Origin: Polyangiales bacterium
GTDB taxonomy: Bacteria > Myxococcota_A > Polyangia > Polyangiales > Ga0077539
Direction of reading: 5' to 3'
Length of the DNA stretch: 64,000 nucleotides
NCBI GenBank assembly: GCA_044229975.1
Contig: JBGARZ010000010.1
Location: forward strand, 224,001 to 288,000
Both the position numbers and the translations under genes were made by a program. The notes beneath the pieces are model-generated. The model was not told where the DNA came from. It saw nothing but the letters and a program-made list of their open reading frames with translations, and did no database searches. This document shows positions 36,222-46,604 of the stretch, piece after piece. How positions within the stretch are numbered: position 1 is the stretch's first letter; each line of letters opens with the position of its first letter.

Positions 36222-38054
36222 TCAGCGCCCCGCCATCACGCCCAGCACAAACGCCACCGTCACCACCAGCGCCATCACCAGCGCCGCCGTCCGCAGCGAC
36301 GACGACGGCTTCGGCGCCTGCGCCGTCACCGCCGTCGGCAATGGCAGCGTCATCTGCACCGTCTTCGGGGTGTCCATCCACGGGTTGGGCGACGGCGGTG
36401 GTGCCATCGTCGGCATCCGCGGCTGCGTCGACCAGTCGGGCTCCGGTGGCGCCAGCGACGGCCGCGCCAGCACCTCCGGAACCAATCCCTCCGCCCACGG
36501 ATCGGCCGGCGTCTCCTGCGGCAGCTCGGTGCGCTCCTCCGCAATCACCTCCGTTGGACCACCGGGATCGGGCGCCACCGTGGTCACGCTCGTTCCTTCG
36601 TAGCGCTCGGGCTCACGTCGCGGCGCCGTCAGCACCAGCGATTGCAGCTTCACGCCCGACACCAGCATTCCCCCCGATGGTCGCGGATCGAAGGCCCCCG
36701 GCGAGTCTTCCAGCGCCCTCGTCGGCTCGCGCGGAAAGGCCCTCTCGCCCGCCAGCTCATCCTCGAAGAGGTCCTTCGCGGGCACCACCGGGACCGGCCC
36801 CGTCGGCTCCTCCACCACCTCCTCGTCCGGCGGCAGCGTGCGCTCGTCCGTCCCGTCGCGGGCGCCTTCGCGCGCCAGCTCGCGGAAGGCCACGAGCGCG
36901 TCGACGGTGGTCACCTGCGACGGCGCCGCGAAGCTGCGCGCGTCGGGCTCGTGCACCGGCGGGTCGAGCGCGATGGACGTCACCGTGGGCTCCCGTCGCA
37001 CCGGAGCCGGCGCGAGCGCCCCGTTGAACATCTTCTGCGTCGGAACCGACGCGCGGAGGTTCATCGGCAGCGGCCCGAGGTCGGCGACCAGCGCGGACGG
37101 CAGCCGCATCATCGGCTTGGAGTGATCGTCGCCGCGGTCGCGCGTGCTGGCCTCCGCGGGGTCGACCATGCGGGGCGGCGGCGCGAGCTCGGCGAGGGGT
37201 TCCCACGACACGCGGCGCAAGGCGGTGCGCAGTCGGTCGGCGTCGGCGTGGCGGCTCGACGGGTCGCGCGCGAGCGCCTTCACCAGCTCGGCGTACACGG
37301 GCGGCGGAACATCCGCCCGCATCGACACCAGCAGCCCCCGCACGGCCTCGGGGTGCTGCGCCTCGACGGCGTGGGCCCAGCATTTCGGCCGTGCAGGCAG
37401 CGCAAACGGCACCAGCATCGACGCGAGCAGCACCCCCAGCGAGAACACATCCCCCGCGGTGGAGAGCGCCTCGCGATCGGCGAGCTGCTCGGGCGAGCGC
37501 GGGTCGGAGAGCGGGCTCGTCGCGGGCTGCGACCACGTCACGCCGGGCAGCGCGGCGAGCGCGAAGTCCATCACGCAGACGTCCCAGACCGACGAGTCGG
37601 AGGCGCGCGACAGCAGCACGCTCTCGGGCGAGAGCAACCCGTGCAGGACGGGCGCCCCGGCGAGCGCGCGCATGCGATGGGCGACGGCGACGGCCGCGCA
37701 GACGCCGTCGATGAGGCCGTGCACCTCGGCGAGGTCGGGCCACGCGAGGCGCCGCCGGTGGTCGTCGGCCCAGGCGCGCAGGCTGAGTCCCTCGGTGGGT
37801 TCGAGCACGACGAAGGGGACGTCCCCGTCGAAGCCGTGGCCCAGCACCGGGACGATGGATCCGTGGCGCAGCGGTTCGAGCGTGCGGGCGACGGCGTCGA
37901 GGCGGTGGTGCTCGTCCGCGGGCAACGGTGGGAGGCGCTTGAGGACGACGGGCACGTTGCGGCGCGCGGTGTCGAGGGCGTCGACGCAGTCCCCGAGGCC
38001 CCAGCGGTCGCGGTCGCCGACACGCTGGAATCGATCGATAGGCACCAGGGGCAT
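36222..38054 (-). CDS. Ser/Thr kinase-like protein, probably a pseudokinase, with C-terminal TM
   Basis: VVLK, H..IV.VL, HGLLSPESV (in place of HRDLKPEN), DFA, SPEQ, DVFSLG and AL..DP..R. Confidence 0.8.
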   Translation of the reverse strand: MPLVPIDRFQRVGDRDRWGLGDCVDALDTARRNVPVVLKRLPPLPADEHHRLDAVARTLEPLRHGSIVPVLGHGFDGDVPFVVLEPTEGLSLRAWADDHRRRLAWPDLAEVHGLIDGVCAAVAVAHRMRALAGAPVLHGLLSPESVLLSRASDSSVWDVCVMDFALAALPGVTWSQPATSPLSDPRSPEQLADREALSTAGDVFSLGVLLASMLVPFALPARPKCWAHAVEAQHPEAVRGLLVSMRADVPPPVYAELVKALARDPSSRHADADRLRTALRRVSWEPLAELAPPPRMVDPAEASTRDRGDDHSKPMMRLPSALVADLGPLPMNLRASVPTQKMFNGALAPAPVRREPTVTSIALDPPVHEPDARSFAAPSQVTTVDALVAFRELAREGARDGTDERTLPPDEEVVEEPTGPVPVVPAKDLFEDELAGERAFPREPTRALEDSPGAFDPRPSGGMLVSGVKLQSLVLTAPRREPERYEGTSVTTVAPDPGGPTEVIAEERTELPQETPADPWAEGLVPEVLARPSLAPPEPDWSTQPRMPTMAPPPSPNPWMDTPKTVQMTLPLPTAVTAQAPKPSSSLRTAALVMALVVTVAFVLGVMAGR

Positions 38055-38105
38055 CGCGGCCGACGCGCGGACTCTTTCACGCCGGTGGGCTCCGGCGCAA
38101 TCGTG

Positions 38106-39122
38106 TCAGGGCACCACGGAGCGGACGTTGGCGCAGCCCCAGCTTTCGAGGGTGATGCGCGTGTCCGAGGCGCCCGAAAGGTCGAGGTTGCCGCGGCGCG
38201 ATCGGATCTCCCAGGTGCGCCCGTTGGTCATGGTGAGCAGCGCGCTGGAGGAGATGGTCTGCTGCACTTCGAGCACGGCGCTGTCGGCCATGGTGCTGAG
38301 GGATGAGCCGAGGATGGTTCCGAGGACGGAGACGGCGCCGAAGACCCAGCCGTAGCCGTCGGCGTGCATGGCGGCCATGCCCGCGCGGCCCGCGATGGCG
38401 TCGAGCACCCGCTGCGCCGCCGCGCCGCTCGACGCGAGGTAGCAGGAGTAGCTGATGGTGATGTTGGAGATGGAACGATAGAGGTCGGTCTGCCCCCAGA
38501 GCAGGCTCTGCCCGACGGGGAGGTTGTAGCGGGTGGTGTTGCGGTTGCCGGCGACCTCGCGCGGCGCGGTGAGCAGGAGCTCGGTGTGCCGCCCGTCCTC
38601 GGCGCTGATGACGCAGTACAGGTTGCGCGGCACGTCGAAGAACCCGCGTTGGATGGAGATCTCCTTCACGCGGATGCGGAGCAGCGGGTCGGTGCAGGTG
38701 GTGGCGCTGGGGGCGACGCCGAGGCCGGTTCCGCACGAGTAGTTGGTGCGCTGGTTGCCGTCGAGCGTGTTGTCGCAGATGGCGAGCGAGGTGCTCGTGG
38801 TGGGGACCGCGAGCGCGCCCGTGCACGTCGGCGCCATGTCGCAGGTGGGGCACTGGTTGCAGTCGAGGGGGCAGTCGGTGCAGGTCTCCATCGGGTGCGA
38901 GCACACGCCGTCGCCGCAGCGCACGGGCGGCGGCGGAATGTCCGACGTGCCGACGTCGAAGCCCGCATCGGCGGTGGTGCCTGCATCGAGGGCGACGTCG
39001 CTGGTGACGTCCTCGGAGGAGCCCGCATCGGGCAGGGTGATGACGTCGGAGACGGTCGAGCCCGCGCATCCCACGAGCACCGCGGCCAGCATCCCAAACC
39101 GCAGACCACGACGAGCGCTCAT
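38106..39122 (-). CDS. Cys-rich lipoprotein
   Basis: Lipobox LVGC; CGDGVC...ETCTDCP.DC myxobacterial-type Cys motif. Confidence 0.75.
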   Translation of the reverse strand: MSARRGLRFGMLAAVLVGCAGSTVSDVITLPDAGSSEDVTSDVALDAGTTADAGFDVGTSDIPPPPVRCGDGVCSHPMETCTDCPLDCNQCPTCDMAPTCTGALAVPTTSTSLAICDNTLDGNQRTNYSCGTGLGVAPSATTCTDPLLRIRVKEISIQRGFFDVPRNLYCVISAEDGRHTELLLTAPREVAGNRNTTRYNLPVGQSLLWGQTDLYRSISNITISYSCYLASSGAAAQRVLDAIAGRAGMAAMHADGYGWVFGAVSVLGTILGSSLSTMADSAVLEVQQTISSSALLTMTNGRTWEIRSRRGNLDLSGASDTRITLESWGCANVRSVVP

Positions 39123-39251
39123 GGGCGGCGATGGTGTGCCCGCGGGCGCTCCGAGGGCAAGCATCCCGCGACGTCGTTGCCATTCCTGCAACCCGACGTT
39201 GTGCCCTGGCCGCTTGTGTTCACGGCATCCGCTCCGCACTCTCCCTTCGCC

Positions 39252-40208
39252 ATGAACGACCACAACGACGATGGTCTCACCCGACGTCAGGCGCTCGCCG
39301 CAGCCGCTGGCGCCGCGCTCGCCGCCCTCCCCGGTTGCACCCGGGACCCCGTCCGCGCCCACCCGGAGGCTCGCACCATGAACCCCACCACCACCGCCAC
39401 CTCCTCCCGCCTGCCTGTCGCCTATCTTCCCCACGGCGGCGGCCCGTGGCCCTTCGTCGACCTCGGCATGGGCGAACCCTCCGAGCTCGCGGCCCTCACC
39501 ACCTACCTCCAGTCGCTCAAGCACCTCTCGGCGCAGACCCCGCGCGCCGTGCTCATGGTCTCCGCCCACTGGGAAGAACCCAACCCCACGGTGATGACCG
39601 CCGCCCACCCCCCGATGCTCTACGACTACTACGGCTTCCCCCCCGAGTCGTACCGCATCACCTGGCCCGCCCCCGGCAACCCGGCGCTCGCGGGTCGCGT
39701 GCGTGAACTCCTCGGCGCTGCGGGCTTCCAGACCGGCGCCAACGCCGACCGCGGCTACGACCATGGGACCTTTGTTCCGCTCAAGCTCACCTGGCCCGAG
39801 GCCGACATGCCGACGGTGCAGCTCTCGCTCAAGGAGGGCCTCGACCCGGCCGAGCACCTCGCCATGGGCCGCGCCCTCGCCCCGCTGCGCGATGAGGGCG
39901 TGCTCATCCTCGGCAGCGGCATGAGCTTCCACAACCTCCGCGCCTTCCGCGCGCCCGGCAATCCGGCCATGGCGAGCTCGATGGCCTTCGACACCTGGCT
40001 CAACGAGACCGTCGCCCTCGACCCCACCGAGCGCGATCGCCGCCTCACGGCCTGGGCCACCGCCCCCGCCGCGCGCCTCGCCCACCCCCGCGAAGAACAC
40101 CTCCTCCCCCTCATGGTCATCGCCGGCGCCGCGGGCTCCGACCGGGGCCGCGTCGGTTACCAGAACACCCTCATGGGCGCCCGCATCTCCGCCCACCACT
40201 TCGGCTGA
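39252..40208 (+). CDS. Class III extradiol ring-cleavage dioxygenase (LigB/DODA, YgiD-like)
   Basis: HGGGP, SAHWE, YDYYGFP, RGYDHG, SGMSFHN and HPREEHLLPL. Possible Tat leader; alternative start at 39378. Confidence 0.93.
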   Translation: MNDHNDDGLTRRQALAAAAGAALAALPGCTRDPVRAHPEARTMNPTTTATSSRLPVAYLPHGGGPWPFVDLGMGEPSELAALTTYLQSLKHLSAQTPRAVLMVSAHWEEPNPTVMTAAHPPMLYDYYGFPPESYRITWPAPGNPALAGRVRELLGAAGFQTGANADRGYDHGTFVPLKLTWPEADMPTVQLSLKEGLDPAEHLAMGRALAPLRDEGVLILGSGMSFHNLRAFRAPGNPAMASSMAFDTWLNETVALDPTERDRRLTAWATAPAARLAHPREEHLLPLMVIAGAAGSDRGRVGYQNTLMGARISAHHFG

Positions 40209-40275
40209 CAGGCACTCTCGCCACACCGCGCCGAACTCTTCGCCTGTCCAATCAAAAGGTACTAGAAGGCCCGTC

Positions 40276-41121
40276 ATGACCTTGACGGCCTCGGCGCTGA
40301 AGGCGCTCATCACCAGCACCCGCAAGAAGATGAAGGCGTCCTCGCCCTTCATCCCCGACCCGAAGGTCCGCACCGGGCTCCTCGAAGAGCACGGGCTCGA
40401 CGGCGTGCGGGTGCTGCTGGCGTGTGAGCACCCGAAGTGGTCGGCCGAGGTCGTCGCGCTCGGGTCACCCGACTGCCCGTGGCCCGCGGCGAAGACCCCG
40501 CTGGAGGTCGCCAGGGCGGCCTTTGGACCGCTGGCCGAGAAGCTCCCGCAGCTCATCAAGCGCCTCTCCAACGCGACGCTCACCTGCGCCGTTCGTCACG
40601 AGCCGCAGCCCGGCGCGCCCGACCTCGGTGGGTGGTTTCTCCTCTTCGCGCTGCCCGAGCGCGGCGGCCCCACGCTCTGGATCGGTGGCCCCCCCGACGA
40701 AGAGCCCCGCCTCGACGCCGACGGCTGGACGCTGCCCGACGACCTCAAGACCTTCTACCGCCAGCACAACGGCTTCGGCGTGCTCAACACCCGCGACGGG
40801 TGGACCGGCGTCGGCCCCGGGCTCCAGCCCTCGCTGCGCCTCGCCGTCCCGTCGCTCGGCAGCCGCGTGAAGACCGACGACCTCCTGCGCCTCTCGCGCG
40901 GCGAAGGCGACGCCGGTCAGGGCGGCTGGTGCCTCACCCTCACGACTCCCGCGCGCCGCCGCAAGTCCGACGTCGCGACGCCCTACGCCATCGTCGACCT
41001 CGATGATCGCTTCGGGCTGCGGGGTGAGCCCGTTCCGTTCGACCTCTTCGGCTTCTTCGATCGCTGGATGATCGGCGACCCGAAGGACGAACTCCCCCTC
41101 GCCGAATCCGACGACGAGTAG
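40276..41121 (+). CDS. Hypothetical protein with SMI1/KNR4-like core
   Basis: LPDDLKTFYRQHNGF resembles the SUKH motif; strong codon bias. Confidence 0.6.
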   Translation: MTLTASALKALITSTRKKMKASSPFIPDPKVRTGLLEEHGLDGVRVLLACEHPKWSAEVVALGSPDCPWPAAKTPLEVARAAFGPLAEKLPQLIKRLSNATLTCAVRHEPQPGAPDLGGWFLLFALPERGGPTLWIGGPPDEEPRLDADGWTLPDDLKTFYRQHNGFGVLNTRDGWTGVGPGLQPSLRLAVPSLGSRVKTDDLLRLSRGEGDAGQGGWCLTLTTPARRRKSDVATPYAIVDLDDRFGLRGEPVPFDLFGFFDRWMIGDPKDELPLAESDDE

Positions 41122-41129
41122 CGCGCGCG

Positions 41130-42086
41130 ATGCCGCCCCGAGGGAAGCTCGACACGCTTCGTCGCACGGTCGGCGCCGTGGTGGTCGATGGGTTCTTCCG
41201 CGGGGCCTCGCGCGCCGGGTCGTGGCACCCGAAGGCCGATCCGCGCGCCCACGGCGTCGAGCGCATCCGCGACCTCGCCTACCTCGACGACGGCACGCCC
41301 CAGCACCGCCTCGACGTGTACCGCCCGCCGGGCGACGGGCCGCACCCCGTGATGCTCTACCTCCACGGCGGTGGCTTCCGCATCCTCTCCAAGGACACCC
41401 ACTGGATCATGGCGCTCGCCTTCGCGCGTCGCGGCTGGTTGGTGTTCAACGCGTCGTACCGCCTCGCGCCGACGCATCCGTTTCCGTCGGGCCTCGAAGA
41501 CTGCGCCGCGGCCTACGAGTGGGTGCTCGCCAACGCCGCGCGCTTCGGCGGTGACCCGTCGCGCGTGGTGCTCGCGGGCGAGTCGGCGGGCGCCAACCTG
41601 GCCACGTCGCTCGCGGTCGCGGCCTGCTACGAGCGCCCCGAGGCGTACGCGAAGCGGGTGTTTGCGACGGGTGTGGTGCCGCGCGCGGTGATCGCGTCGT
41701 GCGGCATCTTCCAGGTGTCTGCGACCGATCGCTATCGCCTGGCGGGCAAGCTGCCGTGGTGGATCACCGACCGCATCGAGGAGGTCACCGACGCGTACCT
41801 CGGTGGCAGCACCGCGGGCTCGCTTGACCTCGCCGACCCGCTGTGCGTCTTCGAGCGGGGAGAGCGTCCCGCGCGGCCGCTGCCGTCGTTCTTCCTACCG
41901 GTGGGGACGGCTGATCCGCTCATCGACGACACCCGTCGCATGGCGCGCGCCCTCGACGCGATGGGTGTCACCGCCGAGGCCCGCTACTACCCGGGCGGCA
42001 TCCACGCCTTCCATGCGTTCGTGTGGCGCCCGCAGGCGCAGCGCTGCTGGCAGGACACCTACGCCTTCCTCGACCGCCACGGCTGA
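41130..42086 (+). CDS. HSL-family alpha/beta hydrolase (esterase/lipase)
   Basis: HGGGF, YRLAP, GESAGA, D.L.DD and H.FH motifs. Confidence 0.93.
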   Translation: MPPRGKLDTLRRTVGAVVVDGFFRGASRAGSWHPKADPRAHGVERIRDLAYLDDGTPQHRLDVYRPPGDGPHPVMLYLHGGGFRILSKDTHWIMALAFARRGWLVFNASYRLAPTHPFPSGLEDCAAAYEWVLANAARFGGDPSRVVLAGESAGANLATSLAVAACYERPEAYAKRVFATGVVPRAVIASCGIFQVSATDRYRLAGKLPWWITDRIEEVTDAYLGGSTAGSLDLADPLCVFERGERPARPLPSFFLPVGTADPLIDDTRRMARALDAMGVTAEARYYPGGIHAFHAFVWRPQAQRCWQDTYAFLDRHG

Positions 42087-42387
42087 CGGCACCGCCATCG
42101 CGTCGAGCAGCAGCCGCGTGAGCGCGTCGAAGCGGGCCCGGTCGGCGCCGCGCAGCCGATCGGCGCGCAGCAGGCGGGCGAGGGATTTGTGCTCGGCGAC
42201 CCACGCGAGCCACTCCGCCTGGCGCTCATCAATGGGCATGTGGACATCCGTTCAGTATCGCGGTCGGGCGTCGGGTGTCCAGAACCACGCCCATCGACGA
42301 GCGCTGCCCACGACATGGCGCGAGCGGTACCCTGCGCCGCGATGAGGCTCCCGAACCCCCTGACGGGGTTCGCGTCGAGCGCCCGCG

Positions 42388-43764
42388 ATGCACGAACCCG
42401 TCGTCACCAGCACGCTCCCTCCCTTCGACGCCGCCGAGCGCGTCGACCTCGTCTTCGTCATCGACGGTGAGACCACCACGCGACCGCTACCCCCCGCGGG
42501 CCGGGTGATGATCGGGCGCACCGTCGCGGCCGACGGCATCGCGGTGCCCCACACCTCGCTCTCGCGCGAACACGCCGCGCTCTCCGTCCCCGACCTCTCC
42601 CTCGAAGACCTCGGGAGCACCAACGGAACCTTCCTCCACCACACGCTCCCCGACGGCACCCGCGCGGAGACCCGGCTGGTCCCCGGGTGTCCGGTCGCCC
42701 TCGGTCCGGGCGCTACGGTGCGCCTCGGCGCCGTGACCATGGTGCTCGTCCCGACCTTCGTCCGCGAGCGATCCGCTGCGCCCGCGGAGGTCGCCGACCC
42801 GGAGCCCGCCCCGCTCGACCCGCGCATGCGCGAGGTGCACGCCCTCATCGAGCGCGTCGCGCCCGCGGACATCCCCGTGCTCCTGCTCGGTGAGACCGGC
42901 GTCGGCAAGGAGGTGCTCGCCGAGCGCATCCACGCGGCCTCGCCCCGCCACCGCCGCCCGATGCTGCGCCTCAACTGCGCCGCGCTCTCCGAGCAGCTCG
43001 TCGAGAGCGAGCTCTTCGGCCATGAGAAGGGCGCGTTCACCGGCGCCGTCACCGCGAAGCCCGGACTGCTCGAAGGCGCCGCCGGGGGAACCGTGCTCCT
43101 CGACGAGATCGGCGACCTGCGCCTGGAGTCACAGGCCAAGCTCCTGCGGGTCATCGAGGAGGGCAAGGCGCTGCGCGTGGGAGGCGTCACGGCCCGCCCG
43201 GTGGACGTCCGCTTCCTCGCCGCGACCCACCGCGACCTCGAGCGCGCCGTCGCCGCCGGGACCTTCCGGCAGGACCTCTACTACCGCCTCGCCGGCGTCG
43301 TGCTGCGCGTCCCGCCCCTGCGCGAGCGACCCGCCGAACTCCTGCCCCTCGCGATGGGCTTCATCCGCGCCGCCTGCGCGCGCTACCGCCGACCCGACAC
43401 GCTCTCCCTCGCTCGCGATGCCGAAGCCTTCCTCGCCGCCCACCCGTGGCCCGGCAACATCCGCGAGCTGCGGCACTGCATCGACCGCGCGGTGCTCCTC
43501 TGCGACGGGCCCACGCTCGGCCGCGCGCACCTCGACCCCGCGTCGGAGCCCGCGGATGGCCTCCGCCCGACGCCCGTCGCGGCGCCCGAAGTAGCGCCCG
43601 CGCGCGACGGCGGGCTGACCCGCGCGGCCATCGAAGAGTCCCTCACCCGCAACGCCGGCAACCAGACCCGCGCGGCCAAGGCGCTCGGCGTGTCGCGCCG
43701 CACGCTCGTCACCTGGATCGAGCGCTACGGCATCAGCCGCCCCCGCGCGCCCCGCGGCACCTGA
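42388..43764 (+). CDS. FHA-domain sigma54-dependent transcriptional activator (Fis HTH)
   Basis: FHA motifs IGR...SREHA...DLGSTNGT; GETGVGKE, ESELFGHEKGAFTGA, LDEIG and WPGNIREL; C-terminal GNQTRAAKALG. Confidence 0.95.
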   Translation: MHEPVVTSTLPPFDAAERVDLVFVIDGETTTRPLPPAGRVMIGRTVAADGIAVPHTSLSREHAALSVPDLSLEDLGSTNGTFLHHTLPDGTRAETRLVPGCPVALGPGATVRLGAVTMVLVPTFVRERSAAPAEVADPEPAPLDPRMREVHALIERVAPADIPVLLLGETGVGKEVLAERIHAASPRHRRPMLRLNCAALSEQLVESELFGHEKGAFTGAVTAKPGLLEGAAGGTVLLDEIGDLRLESQAKLLRVIEEGKALRVGGVTARPVDVRFLAATHRDLERAVAAGTFRQDLYYRLAGVVLRVPPLRERPAELLPLAMGFIRAACARYRRPDTLSLARDAEAFLAAHPWPGNIRELRHCIDRAVLLCDGPTLGRAHLDPASEPADGLRPTPVAAPEVAPARDGGLTRAAIEESLTRNAGNQTRAAKALGVSRRTLVTWIERYGISRPRAPRGT

Positions 43765-43771
43765 CGCGCCG

Positions 43772-45160
43772 TCACCGCCGCCAGCGCAGGAGGTGAACGC
43801 GCGACTGCGTGATCACCAGAGCCTCCTGGTGGCCATCGCCGTCGACGTCCTCGGCGAGCAGCCGGGAGATCATGTCGGGGTGCGCCTCGGCCTCGGTCCA
43901 TGACCCCTCGCGGTCGATGTGGGGCGCGTCGAAGGAGTAGAGGTCGCAGCGCACCCGGTGGTCGGCCAGCGGGTCGAGCGCGCGCGCACACTGGAGCGCC
44001 TCGGGTCGGCCGTCGCCCAGCGCGTCGAGGGCCGTCACCATGTGCTGCGCGCCGCGCGGGAAGGCCGGGTGCGGCGCCTCGGCGTAGTAGCGAAACGTCG
44101 CGCCCACGGGTCGCAGCCAGCGCAGCGACGTGTCGGGGCCGAAGCCTCCGTTGCACCGGGGGGTCGTGGCCGCGAGGTAGTCGAGCACGCCGTCTCCGTC
44201 GAGGTCGGCGAGCGCGCCGTGCGAGGGCTGCCCGATGGACGCGAGCGGCGTGAGGGCCTGGTCCCAGCTCGCGTCGACGCCGAAGAGACCGCCGCCGTTG
44301 CACCCGAGGTCGACGACGAGCTCGTCGGCCGGGTCGCCGTCGATGGACGCGACGAAGAGGTCGTTGGCGTCGAGCGCGTCGAAGAACTCGCGGTTGTACA
44401 CCGCGCGCGGGCACCGCCGCTCGCCCGCGCACCCGCCGGGCGAGAACTCCCAGGCGCGCACGAAGGCGTTCTGCGTGCGGCCCTCGGTGGTGACCGTGCC
44501 CGCCACGGCGAGCTCGCGCGACCCGTCGCCGTCGAGGTCGAGCGTCGCCAGGACGTGACCCACCCCGCGCACGTGGCGGTCTTCCGCGAGGGCCCACGAC
44601 GTCGGCCAGCGCCAGCGCCAGCGCGCGCCCCGCTCGTCGGCGGGCTCGACGTGCCCGGCCGTCACGCTGTCGAGCGCGCGCCCCTCGTAGCGCTCGTCGA
44701 GGCGCGCCGCGAAGCGCACGCTATGGGCGAGGGCGAGCTCCGGAGCGCCGTCGCCGTCGAGGTCGGCAATCGTGCAGGAGCGCGCGTACGGCGGCACGTC
44801 GAGGGTCGTGCGGAGGCACAGCGTTCGCGGGTCGTACACCTCCGCGAAGGCGTCGGCGCGCAGCACCACGAGCTCGGGGGCGCCGTCGCGGTCGAGGTCG
44901 CCGAGGCACGCCCCGCGGCCAACGTCCGCCGTCGTCGGGCGCAGCAGGGTGCGGGTCGATCGCAGCGGACCCGCCGGGTCGCCATCGATCGCTTCGGGGC
45001 CCGGTTCGGTGCAGGCGGGCAGCCGCGGCGGGGCGATGTCCACCGGGGCGTCCACCGCGGCGTCGCGGGCGTCGTCGGGCGGCGCGCGCAACGTCCACCG
45101 GCACGCGCCCACCGTCAGCGCCGTGAAGACCAAGGCCAGGCGTGGTGAGCCCATGGTCAT
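43772..45160 (-). CDS. FG-GAP/VCBS repeat lipoprotein
   Basis: DLDRDG, DLDGDG and DVDGDG repeats; lipobox VGAC; ATGA coupling to the upstream paralog. Confidence 0.8.
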   Translation of the reverse strand: MTMGSPRLALVFTALTVGACRWTLRAPPDDARDAAVDAPVDIAPPRLPACTEPGPEAIDGDPAGPLRSTRTLLRPTTADVGRGACLGDLDRDGAPELVVLRADAFAEVYDPRTLCLRTTLDVPPYARSCTIADLDGDGAPELALAHSVRFAARLDERYEGRALDSVTAGHVEPADERGARWRWRWPTSWALAEDRHVRGVGHVLATLDLDGDGSRELAVAGTVTTEGRTQNAFVRAWEFSPGGCAGERRCPRAVYNREFFDALDANDLFVASIDGDPADELVVDLGCNGGGLFGVDASWDQALTPLASIGQPSHGALADLDGDGVLDYLAATTPRCNGGFGPDTSLRWLRPVGATFRYYAEAPHPAFPRGAQHMVTALDALGDGRPEALQCARALDPLADHRVRCDLYSFDAPHIDREGSWTEAEAHPDMISRLLAEDVDGDGHQEALVITQSRVHLLRWRR

Positions 45161-46575
45161 CGCCGTGGTCCGCGCAGGACGTCCACGTGCTCCTGCCCTT
45201 GGATGAACACCTCGCGCGCGCCGTCGCCGTCCAGGTCGTCGACGAGCACGCTCGACAGCACCGCCCGTCGCGCGGGCGAGGTCCACACGAAGGGAGCGCC
45301 CGCCGAGGGGACGGGTTCGAGCGTCGCGGGTGTGCCCTCGCGCAGCGCGAAGAGGCGGCACGTGCGCGGCGGCGCGGCGACGGCCATCGGCGCGGTGCAC
45401 AGCAGCACCTCCTGTGCAGCAGAGCCCACGACGTCGATGCCCACGGCGAAGGTCGACTCGCGGGTGGCGTTGGTGGTCACCCGCGAAGCGACCAGGGCCA
45501 GCGCCCCGCTGAGCGGGTCGTAGCGGCGCACCTGGAGCGCGCTCGTGGGCATCGGCCCCTGCGCCCCACACGGGACACGCTCCGCCACGACCACCTCCAA
45601 CGGCGCGACCCCGTCGAGGTCGGCCAGGGCGGCCATCGCGGGCCCGGCGAGCTCCGTGTCCACCGAGCGCGTCGTCGCCCAGTCATCGAAGACCCGCAGC
45701 AGGTGACGCCCCGCCCGCGTACACCCGCCGACCACCACGACCTCGGCCGCGCCGTCGCCGTCGACGTCGCCCGTCAGCAATCCGTTGGTGTCGTCGAGGG
45801 TCGCGGCGAGGTCCTGCGCGAAGTGCGGCGCCCAGCTCGCGGCGTCTCGCTCCCACACCCGCACAAAGGCCGTCGGGTAGTTGCCGCTCACCGCGAGCTC
45901 GACGCGACCGTCGCCGTCGAGGTCGGCCACCGCGGCGTGCGGCGCCCCGATGGGCGACACCGACCGTCGCTCGTCGAAGGCCGCGAGCTCGCGCCAGACG
46001 TAGCGCTCGGCCGTCCAGTCCGCGGCGGTGGCGCGCTCGACGCGGCCGACGGTCACGCGGCTCTCGGCGGTCCAGCCGACGTTGCTCAGCACCACCAGCT
46101 CGTCGCCCGGCAGCCCGTCGACGTCTGCCACCACGCAGTCCCGCGCGTGTTCGGGCAGCAGCACACGCCCGCGCGAGCAGAGGTCAGGCCCGATCAGCTC
46201 GGAGGGCTCCGCCATCCGCGGCAGCACGTACTCCCGTCGCCCGTCGCCGTCGACGTCGCCGACGCAGCCGCTGCCTCCGTTGGAGAGCCCGCCGGACTCG
46301 CGCGGAATCGACCCGACATGCGCCAGCAGACCGGGCTCGCCCGGCACCCCGTAGCACCGCGGCGGGGTTGACCCGTCCGGGCGCACGCGCACCACGTCAC
46401 GGCCGACGTCATCGGGGCCGCTCACCTCGGGCGCGTCGGGCGCCACGTCGAGGGACACATCCGTCGTCGCCGTGCTCGCGTCGGGCGCGCGTGGTGCCTC
46501 GGCGCACGCGGCGACCACGACGGCGATGAGGCCTGACCCTCGATGGCTCCCTCGTGATGCGCGGCGGGTCGTCAT
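45157..46575 (-). CDS. FG-GAP/VCBS repeat lipoprotein (paralog of 43772-45160)
   Basis: DVDGDG and DLDGDG repeats; lipobox VAAC; same block order as the neighbouring gene. Confidence 0.8.
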   Translation of the reverse strand: MTTRRASRGSHRGSGLIAVVVAACAEAPRAPDASTATTDVSLDVAPDAPEVSGPDDVGRDVVRVRPDGSTPPRCYGVPGEPGLLAHVGSIPRESGGLSNGGSGCVGDVDGDGRREYVLPRMAEPSELIGPDLCSRGRVLLPEHARDCVVADVDGLPGDELVVLSNVGWTAESRVTVGRVERATAADWTAERYVWRELAAFDERRSVSPIGAPHAAVADLDGDGRVELAVSGNYPTAFVRVWERDAASWAPHFAQDLAATLDDTNGLLTGDVDGDGAAEVVVVGGCTRAGRHLLRVFDDWATTRSVDTELAGPAMAALADLDGVAPLEVVVAERVPCGAQGPMPTSALQVRRYDPLSGALALVASRVTTNATRESTFAVGIDVVGSAAQEVLLCTAPMAVAAPPRTCRLFALREGTPATLEPVPSAGAPFVWTSPARRAVLSSVLVDDLDGDGAREVFIQGQEHVDVLRGPRR

Positions 46576-46604
46576 CGCGGGGCCGTGCCGATGATACTCC
46601 GCGA

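Noticed and set aside
39123..40583. N-terminal extension of the 825-aa ORF at 38106-40583
   Set aside because: Antisense to the dioxygenase; the real lipoprotein starts at 39122.
41895..42239. Small minus-strand ORF (MPIDERQAEW...)
   Set aside because: Overlaps the esterase 3' end and has no recognisable motif; cannot be supported.
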